DNA from: an uncultured Haloferula sp.
GTDB taxonomy: Bacteria > Verrucomicrobiota > Verrucomicrobiia > Verrucomicrobiales > Akkermansiaceae
Direction of reading: 5' to 3'
NCBI GenBank assembly: GCA_965652295.1
Contig: CBFGTS010000009.1
Location: 1 to 64,000 of the forward strand
Length of the DNA stretch: 64,000 bases
The position numbers and the translations under genes are program-made. This document shows, in pieces, positions 53,989 to 62,464 of the stretch. The notes under the pieces were generated by a model, which searched no databases, was not told the origin of the DNA, and was given only the letters and a program-made list of their open reading frames with translations. Position 1 is the first letter of the stretch, and each line of letters opens with the position of its first letter.

Positions 53989-55149
53989 ATGAAAACCCTG
54001 CCCGCCTTGATGTTCGCCACCTCGCTCGCCTCCGCCAGCCCCACTCTGGACTCCGTTACCCGGACGGTCGCCGAGGCACTTGAAACCTGGGAAGTCGCGG
54101 GTGCTGTGACGCTCGTTTCCGAAAACGGCGAAATCCGCCACCTCGCCGCGCAGGGCTATGCGGATATTGAAAACGAGAAACCGGTCGCCGAGGACACGCT
54201 GTTCTGGATCGCCTCCATGACCAAACCGGTGACCGCCGCCGCCGTGATGCAGCAGGTCGAGGCCGGGAAGATCGATCTCGACGCCCCGGTCTCCGACTAC
54301 CTCCCCGCATTCAAGGAACTCAAGGGGCCCGACGGCAAACCCGCGAGCGTGACGCTCAAGCAATGCCTCACCCACACCAGCGGACTGGCCGACCTGGAGC
54401 CGGGAGAAGGCGCGGACCTCCGCACCTTGAAGGAACTCATCCCGCTGGTGGTTTCCAAGCCGCTCAATTTCACCCCCGGCTCGAAATGGCAATACTGCCA
54501 GTCGAGCATCAACACCGCCGCACGAGTCGTCGAAGTCGTCGCAGGGCAGACGTTCCCCGGCTACCTGCACGAGCATTTCTTCAAGCCGCTCGGGATGGAC
54601 GACACTTCGTTTTACCCCACCGAGAAGCAGGCGGAACGGCTCGCCACCTCCTATGCCAAACAAGAAAACGGAGAACTCAAGCCCGCCGTCCTGCGCTTCC
54701 TCTACGGACAACCTGTGACCTCGCGGAACCGCTATCCGCTGGCCAATGGCGGGCTGTTTTCGACCGCCCGCGACTACCACCGCTTCTGCCTCATGCTCCT
54801 TGGAAACGGCGAGTTCGAAGGCCAACGCTATCTCAAGCCGGAGAGCGTTGCAATGATGTCATCGATACAGACGGATGACCTCGAAACCGGCTTCACCCCC
54901 GGCAACGGCTGGGGAATCGGTTGCTGCGTGGTGAAGCAGCCCCAAGGCATCACCGCCGCCCTTTCGCCCGGTTCCTATGGCCATGGCGGTGCCTACGGCA
55001 CCCAGGCATGGATCGATCCAGTGAAGAAACGCATCTATCTCCTGATGGTCCAGCGGGCCAATTTCCCGAACTCCGATGGTTCGAACCTCCGCCGCGATTT
55101 CCAGAACGCCGCCGCCAAGGCTTTGGATTCTTCACGCGAAGGCGATTGA
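53989..55149 (+). CDS. secreted serine hydrolase, beta-lactamase/AmpC-like (family VIII esterase) fold
   Basis: SxxK (SMTK), LTHTSG, PGSKWQY, GGLFST, HGG. Confidence 0.9.
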   Translation: MKTLPALMFATSLASASPTLDSVTRTVAEALETWEVAGAVTLVSENGEIRHLAAQGYADIENEKPVAEDTLFWIASMTKPVTAAAVMQQVEAGKIDLDAPVSDYLPAFKELKGPDGKPASVTLKQCLTHTSGLADLEPGEGADLRTLKELIPLVVSKPLNFTPGSKWQYCQSSINTAARVVEVVAGQTFPGYLHEHFFKPLGMDDTSFYPTEKQAERLATSYAKQENGELKPAVLRFLYGQPVTSRNRYPLANGGLFSTARDYHRFCLMLLGNGEFEGQRYLKPESVAMMSSIQTDDLETGFTPGNGWGIGCCVVKQPQGITAALSPGSYGHGGAYGTQAWIDPVKKRIYLLMVQRANFPNSDGSNLRRDFQNAAAKALDSSREGD

Positions 55150-55195
55150 CACCCCCTGCATATCCGCGGATTCCAAAGGGGCGCTCTTCCCGCCT

Positions 55196-56635
55196 ATGGC
55201 TTTTCATCGCTCATCTTCCCCCGGCCCGCTTCGCCCTTTTCTCGTCTCACTCGCTTTCGGTGTCGCTCCGGCATTCGGCATCGTCGATACCAACAACAAC
55301 GGCCTCAGCGACCTTTGGGAAAAGCAATTCAACTGGGGCTCGCTCTTTCCCGCATCCTTCCAAGCGGGAGATGATACCGATGGCGACGGCTGGACCAACG
55401 CCCAGGAAGCCGAGGCCGGAACCAATCCGAAGAACATCAAACCGCCCTACGGCATTGTCCGGCCGGCCATCACCTTCAGCCCGGGCAACTGGCCCCGGAT
55501 CTCCTGGCCCCGCGTGACCGGCAAACATTATCAGGTCGAAAAGTGGACCTCTGCCTCCGACCAGTGGACCCTTTGCAGCGAAACCATTCAGATCTCCGGA
55601 AACACCTGTTTCAGTGAAATCGCCCCGGCGCTCGATGGACAGGGCCGGCAGATGCCGATGTTCCTGCGCGTCATCATTCAGGATCAGGACGGCGACAACG
55701 ACACGCTGACCGACGCCGAAGAAGCCGCGCTGGGCACCCGCCCCGACCTCGCCGATACGGATCTCGATGGCCTCAAGGACCACGAGGACAACTTCCCTCT
55801 CGCCAACAATGTCCTCGCCGACCCCGATGGACAAGGCCTCGACGCCAGCCTCGATACCGGCTTGATCGGGCGCTGGGACTGCGAATCCATCAACACCTAT
55901 CCCACCGGCAAAGGCGTGGGCGATTCCGCACCGGATGGCGTGGTCCACAACGCGGTCTCGGATGAGGACACCCTGACGATCGACACCACCGGCATGATCT
56001 CGAAGGGCGTGAGGTTCAATGACTGGGACGATTCCCTGGGCGCACCGGGATCCCTCTTCAGCAACCGCGTGTCGTTCTCCTTCTCCATGTGGTTCCAGTG
56101 CGAATCGAACACCATCCAGAACCGTGGTGCGCTGGTGAACCTGGTGGCACTCAATACCCAGTTCTCCAGCTATCCTCCGCTGATGATCATGGTCCAGCGG
56201 GCACCTTCTTCGGTCGCGCCCCAGACGATCATCGCCGCGGGATATCCTGCCCAGTCCGGTGGTGCATCGATCATGTGGACGGGCGAAATGATCGCCGGGC
56301 TTCGATTGGACGACGGCCGGTTCCATCATTTCTCCCTCGTGAAATCCGGAACCACCGCAGCGGTCTACATTGATGGAAATCTCGCGGCGACCGGCAGCGT
56401 CCCCAACCACTACACGTCGACCGCCAACGGCTACTTCAGCATCGGCAAGGCCGTCCCTGTGGCCATCCCCCAGACCTCCACCTTCCTCGGCAGTTTTGAC
56501 CGCATGCGTTTCTACTCCCGGGCTTTGACGGGACTTGAGGTGAAAAAACTCTACGGTCAAGACAGCGACCGCGACGGCCAGTCGGACATCGTTGAAATCA
56601 ACTCCGGCCGCAACCCCGCCCTCTGGGGCCAGTGA
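55196..56635 (+). CDS. secreted protein with TSP3-like Ca-binding repeats and a LamG-like domain
   Basis: Signal peptide, DTNNNGLSDLWE, DTDGDG...EAEAGTNP, FSMWF, DGRFHH, YIDG, FDRMRFYSRAL. Confidence 0.82.
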   Translation: MAFHRSSSPGPLRPFLVSLAFGVAPAFGIVDTNNNGLSDLWEKQFNWGSLFPASFQAGDDTDGDGWTNAQEAEAGTNPKNIKPPYGIVRPAITFSPGNWPRISWPRVTGKHYQVEKWTSASDQWTLCSETIQISGNTCFSEIAPALDGQGRQMPMFLRVIIQDQDGDNDTLTDAEEAALGTRPDLADTDLDGLKDHEDNFPLANNVLADPDGQGLDASLDTGLIGRWDCESINTYPTGKGVGDSAPDGVVHNAVSDEDTLTIDTTGMISKGVRFNDWDDSLGAPGSLFSNRVSFSFSMWFQCESNTIQNRGALVNLVALNTQFSSYPPLMIMVQRAPSSVAPQTIIAAGYPAQSGGASIMWTGEMIAGLRLDDGRFHHFSLVKSGTTAAVYIDGNLAATGSVPNHYTSTANGYFSIGKAVPVAIPQTSTFLGSFDRMRFYSRALTGLEVKKLYGQDSDRDGQSDIVEINSGRNPALWGQ

Positions 56636-56680
56636 TCTCCTCACGGAGAGCGGCTTTGTCGGCCACTCACCGTGCCCCCT

Positions 56681-56811
56681 TAGACTGCTGCGATTCATCG
56701 CAGCTTTCCCCCCGGGATCTCAGTCCCTTTCCCGGACGCCGTCGATTCATCGCCTACGCAAAGCGATGATAAATCCCCGCACTCCCAAAGCTGCGCCCGG
56801 GATGAATCGCC
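56681..56811. repeat. cluster of REP-like short palindromes between convergent genes
   Basis: GCTGCGAT-TC-ATCGCAGC hairpin; CGATTCATCG at 56691 and 56743, inverted GATGAATCG at 56801. Confidence 0.5.
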
Positions 56812-56837
56812 CCCGGCGCCATGGATCAAGCAACCAC

Positions 56838-59800
56838 CTAACGGCGGCGCACCTCCATCATGTAGAAATACTTCGGGCGACCATCGAACGGGAAGATGAA
56901 CTCGATCGGCGTGCCATCCCCCGGAATGGGCCCACCCTCCTCAACGACTTCCCAGTCGGATTCGTTAAGGGTTTCCGAGCCAAGCACACAATACTCATGC
57001 CCAAGGACCGTGTTTGGCACGAGCATTCGAAAGGATTCGCCTTCGGCGACCGAAACATCGAGCTGAAGCTCATCCGGAGAAATCGGATCCGACGGCACCG
57101 CGCGGGCTTCGTTCGATGCGTCGCTTCGCTCGAGGGGATTTCCGGCGCGAACGATGTAAAAATACGCCGTGCCCGCGTTCAGGCCGGACGTGTCGATGAA
57201 GTTCGGGGAAAGCAGCCCGGTGGCGAGCGGCAGGTAGGGCCCTCCGGTGGTGAGCGAACGCTCCACGCGGTAGCTCGCCGCATTCGGGCTTGCCTCCCAG
57301 GCGAGGTCGATTCTGGAGGCCGAGACCGGCGTGGCGAACAAACCGGACGGTGCCGCCAGCGGCCCTAGCAGAAAGAGCTGGTTCACCGCCTCATCGCCGA
57401 GGGCAGCAGGATAGATTCGGAAGTCGTCCACCCGGCCGTCCAGATTGGCATCAGCGACATATTGGGAGCGTCCAATCCAGTTCTGATTCGTGCTGCCCAA
57501 GTCAGAGGGCTTGAGCGCGATGCCGCCACTACCGACGGCCACGCCGTTCACGTAAAGGATCCCGATCGAGTCAGCCAAGGTTACGGCCACGTGCGTCCAC
57601 TCGCCGGAGGGAAGCGGTCCGGGGCCGTCGATCACCTGTTCACCAGCGCCGGTTGTGATGGCGAAACGGACGGCATTGGTAGCCGAGTTCCGCGGGGTCA
57701 GGAACATATAGTTGGAAATGCCGCTGCCAAAGTCGAACACACGCGACCAGCTCGGCACCGCCTCCAACTCGACCCAGGCCGAAATCGTGCATTCATCCAA
57801 GTCGGCGAGGACGCCGTTCGGAAGTTCGACGTGGGCGGCCGCGCCGTCGAGCTCGACCGCTCCGCCATATTTTCCATCGCTCCAGGAGGCACCGCCGGCA
57901 AGGGCCGCGTCCCACCCGTTGCCCGACGCATCCATGGCCGAGGTGCCACCGCCGTCGTCGAACTTGAGATGCAGTTCCGGGCGCGCTTCGCGGTCGAACA
58001 CCACCGTCGTCACCGAGGAAACCGGCAGGGTCAGCGAGCCGCCGGTCAGCTCGCCCACCGACACGTAGGCATCGGCCTCGGTCGATTGGTGGACGGCGGA
58101 AAAGGCGGGGTCGAATCCCTCGATGTCCATCGCGACCTCAGCCGACGAGGTCTCGCTGCGATTGATGAAAACCGCGACGAGTCGCTTGCCGTCGGGGGAG
58201 CGGTAGGCCGAAGGCAGGACGTTCGGATCGGTCGACTGGCTGGCGACCCTCTGGAATCCGGGGCGGATGTGATAGGAGAAGTGTTTCACCGACCAGTAGG
58301 CCGGGTTCAACCAGTAGCCGTCCTCGGTCGTCCAATTTCCGGGGTTGAAGGGGTTTTCGATTTCGACCAGTCCGATTTCCCCCGGCCAGATCAGGCTCCA
58401 GTGGTTGTAGCCGCTCACGCCCTCGACCGCCATCAGGTTGTGGATCAGATTGGCGCATTCGATCAGGCCCTTGATGTCGCCGAACTCGGTCATGAACCTC
58501 GGTTTCTCTGGCACCACCCCGGCGATCGTCTGGAAAACAGGCTTGTAGCCGTCGGCCGAGCCGTCGGTGCTGCCGCCGTAGAGGTGATGGGCCGTCCCAT
58601 CGTAATGGGCGGGGTTCATGGAGGCGATGTAGTCGCGGTAGGCCCCGGCGTTCCCGTAAAGTCCGACGCATCCCGGGCCGAGAAGTTTCGGTGGCGAGGA
58701 CATGCTGGCCTCAAGCTCGGTGTGGACAGCCTCCAGGGCCAAGGCGTAGCTGGCGAAACTCGCCCCGTTCCAAGGTGCTTCCGTCGGATTGAAACGACAG
58801 GAATCGTAGTCCGCCGTCCAGTCCGGTTCGTTCTGAATGCTGACCCATGTCGGCACGATGCCGTGGCTGGCGTAGTCCTCCAGCGAGTCGCGCCAATAGT
58901 CAGCGAAGCCCTGATAATCGTAGTTCCCGCTGACCTGAACGAGGGTTCCGCCGTTGCCGACCTCGCCATTGCTCTTCAGATAGGCCGGCGGCGACCACGA
59001 ACTCATGAGAATCGGCAGGGAGTTGCCCAGACGCTCGTGGGCCTCGGACACAATCTCGTAGGTCTCCGTGTCCTGACCATCCGTGCCACGCCACCAGTTG
59101 CCGAGCCGGAGCATCGAAATGTTCAAGCCCGAGAATGCGTGATCCGCGATCTCCTCCCACGCCGGGTGGGCCGGAAACCAGCCGTTGTAGAAGCACACCG
59201 CCCCGCCGATGCCCTCGATCGTTTGGAACGTCGTCCCTGCATCGATGGTCGCGGCCACGGGGCGCGGCGTATCCGGGCCGTAGCCGTCGAGTTGCTCCAC
59301 GGAGAACGACACCCCGGCTTGTCCGAAGGCGAACTTGTCGATCTCCAGGCCATCCTCGCGCGCTCCGATTTCGAACACCTGTGTCAACGCATCCGCAGGG
59401 ACGCCGAAAGTCACGCCGGATTCGGGGTCATTGTAGCGGGATAGATTGACCCATTTCAAAACCCCGCCCGCCGCCGGGCCGCCGCTGCCGACCACGTCGC
59501 CGGGAGCGGTGAATCCAGTGGCGTTCGCCAGCCCGTTGACCGTGATCCACGCGTCGCCGAGCGTGGGCGATTTCATCCCGAAGCCGCTGCCGTAAAAGAA
59601 GCTGTCGTTCGAGTAGGCATCGGGCTCGCCGACCCGGACTCGGGCGTAGAGTTCGTAGTCGCCGGCAGCGGGAAAAGTCACACTATAGCTGGCGGTTCGG
59701 TTGGCCGAGTCGGGCTGGGTACCGGTGGACGTGGTTCCGATCGTGATGCCCGGAGCACCTCCGCTGGCCGACGCCGACCAATCGCTTCCGAGGTTGCCCG

Positions 59801-61235
59801 ACTCCGCCTCGAAAGAGACCAAGGGGGTGGGACTACTGCCGGCCTCGAACTGCCACCAGTTGATATTGAAGAGATATCCCGATTCACCCGTGAATACGAG
59901 ATAGAGATCGTGAATTCCAGCCGCACCGCTGACCGGACAGGACACCGTCGTCCATTCCTGCCATCCACCGTTGGGCGTGATCTCGCAGCTGCCGACCAGC
60001 GGACCGTCGATCGCACCAAGGCGCAGCTCGAGGTTTCCGCCGACTCCGGCGCTGGCAACGCGGGCCGTGAACTGCTCGGCACCGGCACCGAAATCCACCC
60101 CTCGCAGGCAAACCCAGTCGCCATTCTGGATGAAGCCAAGGTTCAAGCCGCCCTCGGAGCAGACCTCGTTGTCGACTCCGAACTGCGCGTTCAGCGTCTC
60201 CGCCTCGACCCGGACGTAAGGGTCGAAGTTCTTCAGCTGCGGCAGGCCGTCGGGCGTCGGCACCACCGGTTGGATGGTCCCGTCGGGATTGTAAAAAAGA
60301 CGATCGAGACAGATGTTACGGTGCTCGGTGTTCGAGACTCCGTCCTGCGTGGCCTGGTAGCGATTGTGATAGACCGCATACCACTCCCCTTGGAACGTGA
60401 AGAAGGTGTGGTGATTGTTGTTGCCGAAATTATCCGGCGGCTGGGGCAAGGCCACCCCCTGATACTCGAAGGGACCGAGCGGGCTCGTTCCCCTCATGTA
60501 GCCGATCTGCGAGGAGGGAGTCGGCGGCGGGTCCGTATAGTCGTCGTTGTAGTTGTCCGCGTAGGACAAGTAATAGACCCCCTCGCGCTTGTGCATCAGC
60601 AGCGCCTCGAAGAAGTCGGGGAAGTTGATCGGCATCGCGGAACCGACGGTGTCGTACATGTTCGGCTCCAACAGGATCACGCGCGCCTGGTTCTTGCTTT
60701 CGCCGCCGAAGTAGAGGTAGGCCTGCCCATCGTCATCGACGAAGGCGCACGGGTCGAACAACCACGCGCTGTCCCCCCCCGGCGTGACGCCCCGCCGCAC
60801 GACGAGATCGCCCTTCGGATCGGCAAACGGACCGGTGGGCGAAGCGCTGGTGACCACTCCGACTCCCAGCCCGGCGTCACCGAAATACAGATAGAACTGG
60901 CCGTTGTTCCTGACGACGGCCGGAGCCCAAGCGGTGCCGGTGTACCAAGGCAGATCGTCGGCATCGAAGACCACGCCGTGATTCGTCCAGTTCTTGAGAT
61001 CGTCCGTGGAGAAACAGACGATCGAATCCATGATATACCCCGTGTCCTCGCCGTTCTCCTCGTCATTCGAGCAATAGACATAGAGGCGTCCGTCATGTTC
61101 CACCGCGGTCGGATCCGCCGCGTAGTGTTGGGACATGATCGGATAGTCGGCCCGCAGTGTCGCGACCGCCAACATCCAAGAGACCCAAGCGACAAAGCAA
61201 TGGACGCGACGGACTCGCAAAGGATGGCTCATCAT
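56838..61235 (-). CDS. multimodular xylan-active enzyme: GH43 - CBM6 - CBM-like module - GH30 - LamG - FN3 - C-terminal beta domain
   Basis: GH43 ADP/WAP/FDP/FFEA/NNH; CBM6 VEAET...IQNGDW; GH30 WSPP, QNEPD, MTEF; LamG WSRVFDFG...WTHVAVT; FN3 LAW...YRVERS. Start is one of 61232/61235/61244. Confidence 0.9.
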   Translation of the reverse strand: MMSHPLRVRRVHCFVAWVSWMLAVATLRADYPIMSQHYAADPTAVEHDGRLYVYCSNDEENGEDTGYIMDSIVCFSTDDLKNWTNHGVVFDADDLPWYTGTAWAPAVVRNNGQFYLYFGDAGLGVGVVTSASPTGPFADPKGDLVVRRGVTPGGDSAWLFDPCAFVDDDGQAYLYFGGESKNQARVILLEPNMYDTVGSAMPINFPDFFEALLMHKREGVYYLSYADNYNDDYTDPPPTPSSQIGYMRGTSPLGPFEYQGVALPQPPDNFGNNNHHTFFTFQGEWYAVYHNRYQATQDGVSNTEHRNICLDRLFYNPDGTIQPVVPTPDGLPQLKNFDPYVRVEAETLNAQFGVDNEVCSEGGLNLGFIQNGDWVCLRGVDFGAGAEQFTARVASAGVGGNLELRLGAIDGPLVGSCEITPNGGWQEWTTVSCPVSGAAGIHDLYLVFTGESGYLFNINWWQFEAGSSPTPLVSFEAESGNLGSDWSASASGGAPGITIGTTSTGTQPDSANRTASYSVTFPAAGDYELYARVRVGEPDAYSNDSFFYGSGFGMKSPTLGDAWITVNGLANATGFTAPGDVVGSGGPAAGGVLKWVNLSRYNDPESGVTFGVPADALTQVFEIGAREDGLEIDKFAFGQAGVSFSVEQLDGYGPDTPRPVAATIDAGTTFQTIEGIGGAVCFYNGWFPAHPAWEEIADHAFSGLNISMLRLGNWWRGTDGQDTETYEIVSEAHERLGNSLPILMSSWSPPAYLKSNGEVGNGGTLVQVSGNYDYQGFADYWRDSLEDYASHGIVPTWVSIQNEPDWTADYDSCRFNPTEAPWNGASFASYALALEAVHTELEASMSSPPKLLGPGCVGLYGNAGAYRDYIASMNPAHYDGTAHHLYGGSTDGSADGYKPVFQTIAGVVPEKPRFMTEFGDIKGLIECANLIHNLMAVEGVSGYNHWSLIWPGEIGLVEIENPFNPGNWTTEDGYWLNPAYWSVKHFSYHIRPGFQRVASQSTDPNVLPSAYRSPDGKRLVAVFINRSETSSAEVAMDIEGFDPAFSAVHQSTEADAYVSVGELTGGSLTLPVSSVTTVVFDREARPELHLKFDDGGGTSAMDASGNGWDAALAGGASWSDGKYGGAVELDGAAAHVELPNGVLADLDECTISAWVELEAVPSWSRVFDFGSGISNYMFLTPRNSATNAVRFAITTGAGEQVIDGPGPLPSGEWTHVAVTLADSIGILYVNGVAVGSGGIALKPSDLGSTNQNWIGRSQYVADANLDGRVDDFRIYPAALGDEAVNQLFLLGPLAAPSGLFATPVSASRIDLAWEASPNAASYRVERSLTTGGPYLPLATGLLSPNFIDTSGLNAGTAYFYIVRAGNPLERSDASNEARAVPSDPISPDELQLDVSVAEGESFRMLVPNTVLGHEYCVLGSETLNESDWEVVEEGGPIPGDGTPIEFIFPFDGRPKYFYMMEVRRR

Positions 61236-61425
61236 GGCGTTCATCGCTCGGAGGAGCGTCTCGCAGGCACTCGGTCCTCTCCTTTTCCGGATAACCGATG
61301 TCTCGAACCTCCCGTGCCCAGACAACGAATAGCTCGATCCGGGCTTGTCAGCCGGCCGAAAGCGAAAGCGACCCGCCTTTCCCCCATGGAAAGACGGGCG
61401 ATGGAAAGGGGCCCGGGCCCTCCGA

Positions 61426-62115
61426 TCAACGAAGACGGCGCAAGACAAGCAGGCTTATCCCGCCAAGCAACATCAAGCTGCTCGAAGGCTCGGGAACAAC
61501 GTCCACATTGAAATTGTCCACCGTGAAGGAGAACTCGGTGCTCGCCGGCGACCCGAAGTCGAGGCCATTGAATCGAATCTGCCATTGATCCACTTGTTCA
61601 GGATTGAATCCGGACCCGTTCGTGTAGCCGAAAGGCGCATCGTTGATCGATTGGTCGAGGGTAAATGACACCGTCTGGGGCACACCGACGGAGAATCCGC
61701 CCGAAGGGATCGAGTAGAGACTGGCGGAGGGATCGCCTTCCGCATCGCCCTGCCCCGTCTGATCCTTGAGCCAGACTTCAATGCCGTTGCCCACGACGTA
61801 GGCGCTGTTGATCGTGAGGTCGAAGGTGACCGTGTAGTCCCCTTTGTTCGCGCTATTGTTCGGGCCGGGCTGGATGGTCGGGATGAAATCCCAGCCGGAG
61901 GCAAAGAAGCCGCCGCCGGCACTGGTCGTCGTGGTGTAGGTGGCAGCGAGACCGCCGCCACCATCCGCAACGAGCGTATTGGTTCCGTCACTGGCGACCG
62001 TGTAAGGCTCGGTCCTGGAGTCGAAATTGTCGGCGACCACGGTCGCCGAGTGTGCTGAGAGAGCCGTGGCTCCTAAAATACAAGCGGACTTCAATAGGAT
62101 CTGGGTCTTCATCAT
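61426..62115 (-). CDS. PEP-CTERM sorting domain protein
   Basis: Signal peptide; C-terminal VPEPSSSLMLLGGISLLVLRRLR. Confidence 0.93.
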   Translation of the reverse strand: MMKTQILLKSACILGATALSAHSATVVADNFDSRTEPYTVASDGTNTLVADGGGGLAATYTTTTSAGGGFFASGWDFIPTIQPGPNNSANKGDYTVTFDLTINSAYVVGNGIEVWLKDQTGQGDAEGDPSASLYSIPSGGFSVGVPQTVSFTLDQSINDAPFGYTNGSGFNPEQVDQWQIRFNGLDFGSPASTEFSFTVDNFNVDVVPEPSSSLMLLGGISLLVLRRLR

Positions 62116-62408
62116 GGTGTTGGGGGTTCGGATTGGTGGTTGGCGCTCGAATGCACCCGGCCGCGCTCGATGGGGGGGTAGCCCGGCATTTTGCATTCAA
62201 CCCGGCTATCCAAGCGGGGAATAAACCGCTTTGCAAGCTAGAATTAATCATTTTATCCCATTCTCAATTCTCAGCCCCCCGTCGCCGCTGCCGGTTTCCC
62301 TCCCAAGGATCCGATTCGAACCTTCACAGGGCGATGATTCGTGACCGACCCCGTGGGAAAGGAACGAGAGTAGGCGGCTCCGATGAACCCGCGCCCGCCG
62401 GACCCGGC

Positions 62409-62441
62409 AAAGAGAAAGGGCCCGGACTTTCGTCCGGGCCC
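62409..62441 (-). terminator. intrinsic terminator of the large minus-strand gene
   Basis: On the minus strand GGGCCCGGAC-GAAA-GTCCGGGCCC followed by TTTCTCTTT. Confidence 0.75.
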
Positions 62442-62464
62442 CGTTTACCGTTCGCCCTCCAGGG

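Noticed and set aside
53989..55149. Antibiotic-resistance beta-lactamase
   Set aside because: YCQ and HGG replace the class C YxN and KTG motifs; more consistent with an esterase or other serine hydrolase.
62170..62240. c-di-GMP-I riboswitch upstream of the PEP-CTERM gene (minus strand GCAAAG...GATAGCCGGGTTG)
   Set aside because: The upstream GGCAAA/GNRA stem is absent; the region is better explained as an AT-rich promoter with short hairpins.
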